Shown: positions 19,770 to 29,730, numbered from the stretch's first letter. The stretch: DNA of 52,069 bases from Campylobacterota bacterium (GCA_034717975.1 JAYEMF010000033.1:1-52069); one strand, 5' to 3'. Made by a program: numbers and translations. Notes: generated from the sequence alone by a model not told the origin.

Positions 19770-21488
19770 ATGATACTGCACGACTATGAGTTTGATCCAA
19801 AATACAGCAAAAGCGTAGCCTATTTTTCGATGGAGTTTGCTATCCATCAGTCACTGAAAATCTATTCTGGGGGACTGGGGTTTCTTTCCGGTTCCCATAT
19901 GCGGAGTGTCTTTGACCTGAAACAGAATGTTGTTGGTGTTGGGATCATGTGGAGTTATGGTTATTATGATCAGACACGCCATGAAAATCGCAGCCTTCAA
20001 GCCGAGTTTATTCGCAAACACTACTACTTTCTGGAAGATCTTGGTGTTCAGGCAACGGTCAATATTCACAATCAGGATGTCCATATCAAGGCACTCTATC
20101 TGCCGTCACATATTTTCAGTTCAGCACCGCTTATTCTGTTGACTACCGATATCCCGGAAAATGATTTCCTGGCCAGAACCATTACCCATAAACTATATGA
20201 CGCCAATGAAGAGACCCGTATTTCACAGGAAATTGTCCTGGGAATTGGCGGGGTCAAAGTACTTGAAGCGCTTCAGCAAAAGATTGATATTTATCACATG
20301 AATGAAGGGCATGCTCTGCCGCTTGTCTATGAGCTCTACGATAGGTATAGAGATCTCGACGAGGTAAAAAAACACGTTGTCTTTACAACGCATACTCCGG
20401 AAGATGCCGGAAATGAAGAGCATAATATTCATCTGCTGCATAAATTTGGTTTCTTCAATGGTCTTTCGCTGGATGAAGTACGTGAACTCACCATGACTTA
20501 TGATGATACCTTCAATCTCACGGTCGGTGCTCTGCGTGCTTCCAAGCGTACCAATGCTGTTTCTAAGTTTCATGGTGAAGTAGCCAACCGTATGTGGAAA
20601 GATTGTAAGGGAAGATCAGAGATTACCTATATTACCAATGCCCAAAATCGCCGCTACTGGAGCGATAAGGGGATGCAGGGTGCGCTTGATGAGCATGAGG
20701 ATTATGCACTGATTGCCCGTAAAAAGCACCTGAAACGCCTGCTCTTCGGTGTTGTGGCTGATCAGACTGGAAAAATGTTCGATCCGGATGTCCTGACCAT
20801 CGTCTGGGCAAGACGTTTCGCCGAGTATAAACGTCCAGGACTGATAAAAGAGGATTTTGAGCGTTTCAAAAAGATGCTCAATAACGCAGAGCATCCGGTT
20901 CAGATTATCTGGGCAGGAAAACCCTACCCATTCGACACCAATGCGGTTAACACTTTCAATGAACTGATCCATATCGCTCACAGTCAGAAAAACATGGCTG
21001 TCCTTATCGGGTATGAGCTTGGGCTCTCACGTGTTCTCAAACACGGGAGTGATCTCTGGCTTAACACTCCGCGTGTCTCTCGTGAAGCGAGCGGTACAAG
21101 CGGTATGACAGCGAGTATGAACGGTTCGATTCACTTCTCGACAGATGATGGCTGGCATCCGGAGTTTGCCAAGCATGGGGTCAATTCTTTTACCATTCCG
21201 CCGATCGATCATAACAAACCGGTAGAAGAGCAGGATTTTGAGGACAATAAAAATATGATGGATATGCTTGAAAATGAGATTATCCCAATGTATTATGAGC
21301 GACCAGAACAGTGGACGGCAATCATGAAGGCAGCAATGTCTGATGTTATACCGGCATTTGACTCAGGCCGTATGGCACATGAATACTATGTTGAGATGTA
21401 CGATAGTCCCACTGATGACTGGGGACGTCTTCTTAAAAAAACGGCGCAGGGACAGCGACAGGCAATAGCAGAAAATCCAGAACTTTAA
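19770..21488 (+). CDS. glgP: Short alpha-glucan phosphorylase-family (GT35) protein with an atypical PLP motif
   Basis: AYFSMEF, YSGGLG, HMNEGH, FTTHTP and ARRFAEYKR motifs; signature reads EASGTSGMT. Confidence 0.88.
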   Translation: MILHDYEFDPKYSKSVAYFSMEFAIHQSLKIYSGGLGFLSGSHMRSVFDLKQNVVGVGIMWSYGYYDQTRHENRSLQAEFIRKHYYFLEDLGVQATVNIHNQDVHIKALYLPSHIFSSAPLILLTTDIPENDFLARTITHKLYDANEETRISQEIVLGIGGVKVLEALQQKIDIYHMNEGHALPLVYELYDRYRDLDEVKKHVVFTTHTPEDAGNEEHNIHLLHKFGFFNGLSLDEVRELTMTYDDTFNLTVGALRASKRTNAVSKFHGEVANRMWKDCKGRSEITYITNAQNRRYWSDKGMQGALDEHEDYALIARKKHLKRLLFGVVADQTGKMFDPDVLTIVWARRFAEYKRPGLIKEDFERFKKMLNNAEHPVQIIWAGKPYPFDTNAVNTFNELIHIAHSQKNMAVLIGYELGLSRVLKHGSDLWLNTPRVSREASGTSGMTASMNGSIHFSTDDGWHPEFAKHGVNSFTIPPIDHNKPVEEQDFEDNKNMMDMLENEIIPMYYERPEQWTAIMKAAMSDVIPAFDSGRMAHEYYVEMYDSPTDDWGRLLKKTAQGQRQAIAENPEL

Positions 21489-21500
21489 AAAGAGAAAAAA

Positions 21501-22712
21501 ATGACAAGCAACATTACTGTAATGGGTGGCGTAAAAAGCCTTAAAGATATCGATGTTACCGGCAAAAGAGTCTTGATTCGTGTTGATTTTAATGTCCCGA
21601 TGGATGCACATTTCAATATCTCTGATGACCGCCGTATCCGTGCGGCACTTCCGACGATCAACTACTGTATCGATCATAATGCCTGCTCGATTACTCTGGT
21701 CACTCATCTGGGGCGTCCAAAAGGTGAGTATGATGACCGTTTTACGTTAAAGCATATTCAGAAGCGTCTTGAGCGTCTGCTGCAGAAACGTGTTGAGTTC
21801 ATCGAAGATTTTGAAGCCTCCAAAGAGGAGATCGGTACCTGTTCGTTAGAGCGCGTCTTCTTGCTGGAGAACATCCGTTTTTATGCCGGTGAAAAGAAAA
21901 ATGATCGTGAACTCTCTCAAAAACTGGGGGCTATCTGTGATGTTTTTGTGAATGATGCCTTTGGAACATCGCACCGTCAGCATGCATCTACTTACGGTAT
22001 TACAGAGTTTGTAGACACCAGTGTCGCAGGCTTCTTGATGATGAAAGAGATAGAAGCCTTCAGCAAAGCGCTTGAAAAACCGATGCGCCCGATTGCTCTG
22101 GTTGTCGGAGGGGCAAAAATATCATCAAAGATCACGCTGTTGACTTCTGTCATGCCAAAGATCGACAAGCTCATCATCGGTGGTGCCATGAGCAATACTT
22201 TCTTACAGGCACTCGGCTATGATATGCACGCTTCACTCTTTGAAGAGGAGTATGTCGAAACGGCCAGAGAAGTACTTGAAGAGGCGAAACTACATAAGGT
22301 TAATGTCTATCTACCTGTGGATGTAGTGATAACCGACTCTATTGAACATCCAATCGATGTCAAGGTGGTTCCTGCCCAGGATGTTCTTGAAGGGTTCCAG
22401 GCGGTAGATATCGGACCGGCGACACTCAAACTTTTCTCTGAAGCAATCGAACTCTCCAACACCATTATCTGGAACGGACCGATGGGAATTTATGAGATCG
22501 ATAAGTTCTCAAAAGGGACTTTCAAGCTGGCCACTGCCATCGCTGATTCGTATGCCTATACTATTGTCGGCGGCGGCGATACGGCGGATGCGGTTGAAAA
22601 AGCCGGTGAGAAAGAGAACTTCAGCTTTATCTCCACAGGCGGCGGCGCCAGCCTCGAACTGCTCGAAGGTAAAGTCTTGCCAGGATTTGAACAACTTGAT
22701 CGTCTTGATTGA
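21501..22712 (+). CDS. pgk: Phosphoglycerate kinase
   Basis: RVDFNVP, HLGRP, LLENIRF, NDAFGT, WNGPMG, GGGDT and STGGGA motifs. Confidence 0.96.
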   Translation: MTSNITVMGGVKSLKDIDVTGKRVLIRVDFNVPMDAHFNISDDRRIRAALPTINYCIDHNACSITLVTHLGRPKGEYDDRFTLKHIQKRLERLLQKRVEFIEDFEASKEEIGTCSLERVFLLENIRFYAGEKKNDRELSQKLGAICDVFVNDAFGTSHRQHASTYGITEFVDTSVAGFLMMKEIEAFSKALEKPMRPIALVVGGAKISSKITLLTSVMPKIDKLIIGGAMSNTFLQALGYDMHASLFEEEYVETAREVLEEAKLHKVNVYLPVDVVITDSIEHPIDVKVVPAQDVLEGFQAVDIGPATLKLFSEAIELSNTIIWNGPMGIYEIDKFSKGTFKLATAIADSYAYTIVGGGDTADAVEKAGEKENFSFISTGGGASLELLEGKVLPGFEQLDRLD

Positions 22713-22730
22713 TCTTACACACTAACTCTC

Positions 22731-22756
22731 AGGAGGCATGACTACTTCAGCCTCCT
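22731..22756 (+). terminator. Hairpin after pgk
   Basis: AGGAGGC...GCCTCCT stem directly after the operon end; weak U-tract. Confidence 0.4.
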
Positions 22757-22856
22757 TAATAAAATACCTCTAAATTCTATATGAAGTAATCACATAACTT
22801 TATTGAATCACGGTTTATTGTATACTATAGCCATCTATTTTATTAACTTATAATTT

Positions 22857-24791
22857 ATGGGAATTAGAATGCGGCTGTTGAACAATTTTTCGATCAAATC
22901 AAAAACCTATATGCTGGTGGGATTAAGTGTCCTTGTAGCATTAACACTCTCCTTCGTCTCCAATAACGGGCTAAATATCATCAAAGCCCAGGTTGATGAA
23001 CTGATCCGTGCCAATAACATTGAACGCTCTACTTATCGTGCTATTCTGGAAGAGAAAAACTACCTGCTCAATGCCAACGGCTCGGTGACAAATCACGAGA
23101 TGGCCAGGCATGCATTCAGTAATGCCGATAAAGCACTTAAAGCTATTGATACTACTCTGAATGAAATAGAGCAGAAGAGCCCGGACCCTGATGTTTTACA
23201 GACGACGGAAGCCGTCAGAAAAGCGATCGATGAGTATGGTGTGTTTTATAAGCGCGGTGTCTATCTTCTGGATGAACTGGAAAATGCACGTCAGATCCTT
23301 CAGAAGGAGGGTGACAAGATTACCTTGCAGATTCAGCAGTATGTTGAAGCCAAGCGCGTTGATGTCAAACAGGCCCTCTCTCAAGAGACCATCGAGAAGA
23401 TCAATTGCGGCTCAAACATCTGGCAGTATACCTATGTGACCCGTGCCGATGAAAAACGTTACCTGCTGAGTCCGGATGATGCGCTCTATGAACAGTTGAA
23501 AAAAGATTATGCTTTTATGATGAGTGAACTCGACCGCCTCAAAGGGATCTCCGATCAGCCGTTTGAACAGGAGAAGATCGCAGTGTTTTATCAATCAGCA
23601 AGAAACTATGAAGAAGCGATGCACAACTGGGTCCGTTACAACAAGGAGCATGTCTCAACCATTTTGCCGAAGACAAAAGAGTTAGGTGACGTCGTGATTT
23701 CCGAGGCGTTGAAGATAGCCAACATGGCAGTAGACGATATCGCCAAAAAGCGTACCATCGTTGTGACAACACTGATCACGGTCACGCTGTTGGCTATTTT
23801 GCTTGGCATCCTATTTGGAGGGGTGGTGTCGCGGTCAATCTCCTCCATCATCCTCAATTTTCAAACCGGCCTTTTAGACTTTTTCAAATATCTAGATCGT
23901 CAGAAAAACAGTGCCAATCAGATCAAGATAGAGAGCAAAGATGAGATCGCATTGATGGCAGAGGTCGTGAATGAAAACATTCTTAAAATCGAAGAGGTGA
24001 TGGAGAAAAAGCTCTCCCAGATGAAAGAGAAGGATCAGCAGATGCTCAAGCAGTCGCGTCTGGCACAGATGGGTGAGATGATCTCCATGATCGCCCACCA
24101 GTGGAGGCAGCCGCTAGGTGCGATCTCGGCCACAACCAGTGATATGGAAGTGAAGCTGTTCCAACGCCGTATGTATGACCTCTCAACAGAGCAGGGACAG
24201 GCCGATATGGAGGCATATACGGTTGAAAATATTCACAGGATAAATGGGTTTGTCAAGCATCTCTCAACCACCATTGATGATTTTAGAAATTTTTTCAAAT
24301 CTGACAAAGCGGTAAGCGCTTTCAGACTATCGGAACTGATGGATAAAACACTGAACCTCACTGGGCACCTTTTACGTACCAAAGGGATAGAAGTCACTAA
24401 AGATTTTGACCCGACGCTTGAGGATATAAAAAGTTATGAAAATGAGATCATGCAGGTGTTTTTAAATATCATTCATAACGCTGTTGATATCCTTACTGAA
24501 AAGCGTATTGAAACTCCTGAGATATATATCACTATCGAAAAGAACCGGATGGGTCATCAAACAGTGCTTATTGAAGATAATGCCGGAGGTATCCCCACCG
24601 ATCTTATCGATAAAATATTTGAACCTTACTTCTCCACCAAAGATATAAATGGAACGGGACTTGGGTTATATATGTCGCAAACGATTATAGAAGAGCATTG
24701 CCAGGGAGTGATGCGTGTCAAAAATACAGCACGAGGTGCCTGTTTTAGCATCGAGTTTCCGGATATGATGGATGGAAGCAATGAAGTTTGA
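22857..24791 (+). CDS. Membrane sensor histidine kinase
   Basis: Two TM segments flanking a helical periplasmic domain; H-box MIAHQWRQPL; N box, DNAGG, FEPYFSTK and GTGLGL. Start may be 22869. Confidence 0.93.
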   Translation: MGIRMRLLNNFSIKSKTYMLVGLSVLVALTLSFVSNNGLNIIKAQVDELIRANNIERSTYRAILEEKNYLLNANGSVTNHEMARHAFSNADKALKAIDTTLNEIEQKSPDPDVLQTTEAVRKAIDEYGVFYKRGVYLLDELENARQILQKEGDKITLQIQQYVEAKRVDVKQALSQETIEKINCGSNIWQYTYVTRADEKRYLLSPDDALYEQLKKDYAFMMSELDRLKGISDQPFEQEKIAVFYQSARNYEEAMHNWVRYNKEHVSTILPKTKELGDVVISEALKIANMAVDDIAKKRTIVVTTLITVTLLAILLGILFGGVVSRSISSIILNFQTGLLDFFKYLDRQKNSANQIKIESKDEIALMAEVVNENILKIEEVMEKKLSQMKEKDQQMLKQSRLAQMGEMISMIAHQWRQPLGAISATTSDMEVKLFQRRMYDLSTEQGQADMEAYTVENIHRINGFVKHLSTTIDDFRNFFKSDKAVSAFRLSELMDKTLNLTGHLLRTKGIEVTKDFDPTLEDIKSYENEIMQVFLNIIHNAVDILTEKRIETPEIYITIEKNRMGHQTVLIEDNAGGIPTDLIDKIFEPYFSTKDINGTGLGLYMSQTIIEEHCQGVMRVKNTARGACFSIEFPDMMDGSNEV

Positions 24792-27075
24792 TGAGATCTA
24801 TGCTTACACCCAAGACCTGAGTATTCTATATGTAGAAGATGAAGCAAGTGTCAGAGAGTCGACACGCACTCTGCTGGAGAACTATTTTAAGCGGGTAGAC
24901 AGTGCAAAGGATGGAAAAGAGGGTCTTGAACAGTATCGGGCCATGTTTGAAAAAGAGTGCTATAACATTGTGCTGACCGATATGAATATGCCCTTTTTTA
25001 CAGGAGTGGAAATGGCGGAGGCGATCAGGCATATCAACCCTGATCAGGTAGTTGTTTTTGTCAGTGCCCATAATGAACAGAAATTTCTACTGGATGCCAT
25101 TAAGTTAGGGGTTAACTACTATTTGATCAAACCCATCGATCTTGATGAGCTTGGCAAGATTCTTTTCCAGTCAGCAAAACTTATTGTCAATCAGATAAAA
25201 GTAGCTGATCAGCTGGCCGATGAGAAAGAGCGTGTCGAGCGTAATGAACACTATCAGAAAGCCTTGCAGAAGTGGGCAAATATTGATTTTGAAGATACTG
25301 TAAACTCTATCCGAAAAACGACAGAGCTTTCAGCAAAAACCTTAAATATCGGACGTGTCAGTATCTGGCTCATGAATGAAGAAAAGAGAGCTATGGTCTG
25401 TAAAGACCTTTATGAACTTGATGAAGATACGCATACGAAGGGAACCACTCTGATAAAAGAGAGGTTCCCTAACTATTTTCAGGCATTGAATGAGAAGAAA
25501 ATCATGGTTGTCGATGATGCCAGAGATGACCCTCGGACCTCTGAATTCAGGAGCAGTTACCTTGAACCGCTAGGTATCTACTCTATGCTTGACATCCCGA
25601 TTATACAGAATGAGGAGCTTCTGGGTGTGATCTGTCATGAAGCTATCGGTGAACCACACAGCTGGAGGATTGAAGAGCAGGAGTTTGCCATGACACTGGC
25701 AAATAACATTGCACTCTCACTGGAGATCAAAAAACGCTATGAGATGCAGGAAAAACTTCAGCGTCAAAAAGAGCTTCTGGATTACCAGGCACATCATGAT
25801 CATCTAACCGGGCTGCCTAATCGTACACTCTTTATTGATCGGCTGGAGCAGGCGATCAAACATAATCAGCGACAGGAGACACAAGTAGCGCTTCTGTTTA
25901 TTGATCTCGATCATTTTAAACAGATCAATGACTCGATGGGACACGATGCCGGGGATCGTGTCCTGAAAATTTTAGCCAAACGTTTAGAGGAGCAGATACG
26001 TAAGGGTGACACACTCGCGCGTCTTGGTGGTGATGAGTTTACACTGATCCTGGACAGTATCCAGGAGATGAAAGTGATTGTCGGCATTATTCAAAAACTG
26101 CTTGAGTGTACAAAAGATGTGATCATGATCGATGAGCAGGAACTTTATGTAACACTCAGTATAGGGATAACTATTTATCCGTATGATGGTATTACTGTGA
26201 AGGCGTTGCTGAAAAATGCAGATGCAGCCATGTATAAAGCAAAAGAAGATGGACGCAACACCTACCAGTACTATACACCGGAGATGACAAAAAAAGCAGT
26301 AGAACGGATTGTCATGGAGGGCAATCTCCGTCAGGCGATAGCTAAAGAGGAGCTGCTAGTCTATTATCAACCGCAATACAGCGGCATTGATGATTCCATA
26401 ATAGGTATGGAAGCACTGGTAAGGTGGAATCATGACAACAAGGGGGCGATCCTACCCGATAAGTTCATCCCTCTTGCCGAAGATACCGGTCTGATTGTGG
26501 AGATTGACCGATGGGTGATGGAAACATCGATCAGACAATTTGCACAGTGGTATGAAGCGGGTCTCAACCCTGGAAAGCTTTCACTTAACCTGTCGATGAA
26601 ACAGCTTCACAAAAGTGACTGTATTGATCTGCTGAAATCACTACTGGAGAAGTATGGTTTTTGTGAAAACTGGCTTACCTTTGAGATTACAGAAGGGCGG
26701 ATCATGAAGAATCCGGAAGCTGCTATTGCGACACTTGAAGAGATCAGGGCGTTAGGTGTCACTCTTGCTATTGATGATTTTGGAACAGGGTACTCCTCTC
26801 TCTCTTATCTTAAACGGCTGCCGATCGATACCCTGAAAATCGACCGGGCATTTATCAAAGAGCTTCCTGATGATGAAGAGGATGAAGCAATCTCAAAAGC
26901 GATTATTGCATTGGGGAAGAGCCTGAAACTGAATGTGATCGCCGAAGGGGTGGAAACGCTGGAACAGAAAACATTTTTAGTAGAACAGGGGTGTCATCTG
27001 ATTCAAGGGTACTACTATGCTCGACCGCTTCCGGCTGATGAGATAGAGAATGGATTAAAAAGTGGCACTATTTAA
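24781..27075 (+). CDS. REC-GAF-GGDEF-EAL c-di-GMP cyclase/phosphodiesterase response regulator
   Basis: REC (VEDE, TDMNMP, KP), GAF, RKGD I-site with RLGGDEF, EALVRW, DDFGTGYSS and EGVE. Confidence 0.93.
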   Translation: MKFDEIYAYTQDLSILYVEDEASVRESTRTLLENYFKRVDSAKDGKEGLEQYRAMFEKECYNIVLTDMNMPFFTGVEMAEAIRHINPDQVVVFVSAHNEQKFLLDAIKLGVNYYLIKPIDLDELGKILFQSAKLIVNQIKVADQLADEKERVERNEHYQKALQKWANIDFEDTVNSIRKTTELSAKTLNIGRVSIWLMNEEKRAMVCKDLYELDEDTHTKGTTLIKERFPNYFQALNEKKIMVVDDARDDPRTSEFRSSYLEPLGIYSMLDIPIIQNEELLGVICHEAIGEPHSWRIEEQEFAMTLANNIALSLEIKKRYEMQEKLQRQKELLDYQAHHDHLTGLPNRTLFIDRLEQAIKHNQRQETQVALLFIDLDHFKQINDSMGHDAGDRVLKILAKRLEEQIRKGDTLARLGGDEFTLILDSIQEMKVIVGIIQKLLECTKDVIMIDEQELYVTLSIGITIYPYDGITVKALLKNADAAMYKAKEDGRNTYQYYTPEMTKKAVERIVMEGNLRQAIAKEELLVYYQPQYSGIDDSIIGMEALVRWNHDNKGAILPDKFIPLAEDTGLIVEIDRWVMETSIRQFAQWYEAGLNPGKLSLNLSMKQLHKSDCIDLLKSLLEKYGFCENWLTFEITEGRIMKNPEAAIATLEEIRALGVTLAIDDFGTGYSSLSYLKRLPIDTLKIDRAFIKELPDDEEDEAISKAIIALGKSLKLNVIAEGVETLEQKTFLVEQGCHLIQGYYYARPLPADEIENGLKSGTI

Positions 27076-27613
27076 ATAGTGGTTTGATCTTACTCTCAAT
27101 CGACGCGGGTGTTGTAGCTGAAGCAAATCGATTGAGTACTTTTCCATTTTGGTCTACTAAGAACTTTGTAAAGTTCCATTTGATCGATTCTGTCCCCATG
27201 AACCCAGACTGCTCAGACTTTAAAAACTTATAGAGCGGATGGGCATTCTCTCCGTTGACATTAATCTTGGCAAACATCGGGAAGCTCACCCCGTAATTGA
27301 GACGGCAGAAGTTCTGGATCTCGGCTTCGCTGCCGGGCTCCTGAGAACCAAACTGATTACATGGAAATCCAAGTACAACAAGCCCCTGTTCTCTGTACTT
27401 CCTGTAGAGGGCTTCAAGCCCGTCATATTGAGAGGTAAAGCCGCATCTGCTTGCAACATTGACAATAAGTATTACCTGGCCGCGATAACGGTCAAGTTTA
27501 ACAGTTTCACCATTAATGGTTGTAACTTCAATATCGTATAATGAGATACTCTTCTCCTTGGCATGGGTGGTGGCAGAGAAGAGCAGCATAAACATAAAGA
27601 TTAGACGGAGCAT
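27068..27613 (-). CDS. Cys-type glutathione peroxidase family protein with signal peptide
   Basis: NVASRCGFT, GFPCNQF and WNFTKF motifs; N-terminal signal peptide ending in THA. Confidence 0.93.
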   Translation of the reverse strand: MLRLIFMFMLLFSATTHAKEKSISLYDIEVTTINGETVKLDRYRGQVILIVNVASRCGFTSQYDGLEALYRKYREQGLVVLGFPCNQFGSQEPGSEAEIQNFCRLNYGVSFPMFAKINVNGENAHPLYKFLKSEQSGFMGTESIKWNFTKFLVDQNGKVLNRFASATTPASIESKIKPLFK

Positions 27614-27650
27614 ATTTCCCTCTTTGTAGAATGAGTATAAGGTAACCTTC

Positions 27651-27827
27651 TTATCGGTTTTTCAAGCCGTGAGAGATCTCTTCAATGGCATGTTTTGGCT
27701 TAGTGCGTTTTTCAAAGGTGACAGGAGCATCTTTAACCGGTATGACAAATGCCAGAAGAATAAAGACAAAGGCGAAGGCAACGGCACTGAGCAGGGTGAG
27801 AATCAATTTCAGTTTATAATCTTTAAT
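27651..27827 (-). CDS. Small single-TM protein (58 aa) with a probable ATT start; absent from the ORF track
   Basis: AAAGGAG-N6-ATT, then KDYKLKLILTLLSAVAFAFVFILLAFVIPVKDAPVTFEKRTKPKHAIEEISHGLKNR-stop; co-oriented with the GPx gene. Confidence 0.55.
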   Translation of the reverse strand: MKDYKLKLILTLLSAVAFAFVFILLAFVIPVKDAPVTFEKRTKPKHAIEEISHGLKNR

Positions 27828-27949
27828 CTGCCGCTCCTTTATAAAATTAAAGTAGCAAATGATAGCATATATCGGCTATGGATTTAGTTTAGAAGCGACC
27901 TTCAATACCATTAAACCAGGAAAAGAAAAATAACATTAAAAAGTGTTTT

Positions 27950-28471
27950 TTAGCTTATCCGCCCGTCTGCTACCAGCTTTTTAACAAGTTTCATGTTTTT
28001 CATAACACGGGCATAATAGGGATGGTTGGTCATACCGCCATTATAGCCGCTGACCATTTTAAAATACTCCCCACGGGCTTTGTAGAGAATAACGAGGTAG
28101 TGTGCGGCGATGCGGGCTGACAGCTCAATATCACTGAGCAGTTTATTGGCAAGCTTGGCATCAGAAAGTTCGTTTAACCAAGCGAGTTCATCTACACGCG
28201 TACTGATAAAACGTGCGGTAGCCACCTGGATCTGCAATACACCCAGTGATGCTTTGGTAATGACAACCCCTTTTTTAAAATCACCGATAAGGTTCTTTCC
28301 GGCGCTGCTCTCTGTCAGGCAGATGGCGCTGAGTGTATTTTCATAGGTTTCGCCGCTATGGTCAGGAATGCTGCGGGCAACGTCACGTACCGTTTGAAGT
28401 ACTGTCAACTGCTCTTTTGAGACAGCAAAGAGTGAAACGGTAAATGTAAATAAAATAGTTATTAATCTCAA
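27950..28471 (-). CDS. Secreted lytic transglycosylase (SLT domain)
   Basis: Signal peptide; TESS catalytic Glu, GVLQI and GYNGG motifs; TTG start after GGGAG. Confidence 0.8.
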   Translation of the reverse strand: MRLITILFTFTVSLFAVSKEQLTVLQTVRDVARSIPDHSGETYENTLSAICLTESSAGKNLIGDFKKGVVITKASLGVLQIQVATARFISTRVDELAWLNELSDAKLANKLLSDIELSARIAAHYLVILYKARGEYFKMVSGYNGGMTNHPYYARVMKNMKLVKKLVADGRIS

Positions 28472-28851
28472 TAGTTCTCCCTAATGTTTTGAACGCGAAA
28501 TTTTAGGGAAATCGGTAAGTTTTTACAATGTTGTAGATGTATTAACTGTTTGGGTTAAGTCTATTAATTGAAAATATGCTCTATTGACGCCAGGGGTGAT
28601 AATTGTGACTTTAAGTTTCGGGTGAAAAAATGTGATAGCTGTGTGATTATATTTGTAAATTGCTTGATACTTTAAGGTTAAAATCAAAAAATAATACTTT
28701 TTTTACATTATTTTCAGTAAAATAATTACAAAACGTAACAAATGCTATATAAAAATTTTAAATCTTCTTTTTCAAATAAATTTGTTTACTGAAATATGTT
28801 ATTGATCTTTTTTTGTTTCTATTTTCTTGGATTCATGCTACTATCTTGGCT

Positions 28852-29367
28852 ATGAAACATCGATGGCTACTTATTCTCTTTACAGGGACTCTCTCATTAC
28901 ATGCTGCTGAACCGATATTGGGTATGCTCGAATCGATTGAGAGTAACCGATACCTTACCTTCTCTATTGGCAATCAGCCTTATCGGTGTCAACCCTATGG
29001 CGTATTGACGCTAGAAGAGTTGCTTGCTGGAAGTACGCTAGATAGCCGCTGTAAAGAGGTCGTTAGCAACCTTTATCGTAAAAACCCTCATCTCAAAGGG
29101 TATGGGGCAAAAAACCTTAAACGTTTCCAGCGCTATCATATTGAACCCAAACAGGAGCGTTGCACTGTTTATGCTCAGGGGACGAGAAGCTACGCAGAAA
29201 AACTTTTGCGTTCCGGTCTGGCGATGCGAAAGCCACTGCTTTATGATGAGCTATGGCTGTTTCGCTGGAAACGTGCACAAAAACGTGCTCGAAACGGGGA
29301 ATTGGGGCTCTGGAAAGATAAAATCTGGATAGATTGTGTTTCAGGGCTTTACGCTGAAGAGGAGTAG
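28852..29367 (+). CDS. Secreted thermonuclease (SNase)-like protein, probably catalytically degenerate
   Basis: Signal peptide ending LHA; C-terminal EKLLRSGLA...AQKRARNGELGLW resembles the SNase C-terminus; no DGDT motif. Confidence 0.6.
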   Translation: MKHRWLLILFTGTLSLHAAEPILGMLESIESNRYLTFSIGNQPYRCQPYGVLTLEELLAGSTLDSRCKEVVSNLYRKNPHLKGYGAKNLKRFQRYHIEPKQERCTVYAQGTRSYAEKLLRSGLAMRKPLLYDELWLFRWKRAQKRARNGELGLWKDKIWIDCVSGLYAEEE

Positions 29368-29403
29368 ATGGGAAGTGAAAAGAGTTGAAGGCAGAGCTGA
29401 ATT

Positions 29404-29712
29404 TTACTTGGCGTTAACTTCATCTGTGGTCAGATAGATCCAGAACTCTTTATGCGAATATCCCCGGTTTAGGAAGTAAAACTGTAAAATGCTCACACGA
29501 TAGAGGGTTATAAGCATTTTCAGATAGGGGATGAGCAGTGTGAAGAACATCCACCAGGGCTGCTCTTTATCCCCTTTAGTCTGCATCATCTCTTCGATGC
29601 CGATGTTTTTGGAGAGATAGTAGCCAAACAGCATTGAAAAGATAAAGTTCAGAATGATGCCAAAAATAACATAGGCCATCACATCCTGTTCATACATACC
29701 TGCGATCATCAT
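29404..29712 (-). CDS. Hypothetical membrane protein
   Basis: 102 aa with two hydrophobic segments, co-oriented just downstream of ppa. Confidence 0.7.
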   Translation of the reverse strand: MMIAGMYEQDVMAYVIFGIILNFIFSMLFGYYLSKNIGIEEMMQTKGDKEQPWWMFFTLLIPYLKMLITLYRVSILQFYFLNRGYSHKEFWIYLTTDEVNAK

Positions 29713-29730
29713 TAGCTCTTTTGAAACCTG

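Noticed and set aside
27068..27613. Selenocysteine GPx
   Set aside because: The peroxidatic codon is Cys and there is no in-frame TGA.
27669..27887. 72-aa plus-strand ORF
   Set aside because: The minus-strand 58-aa ORF with a strong SD and TM helix explains this region better.
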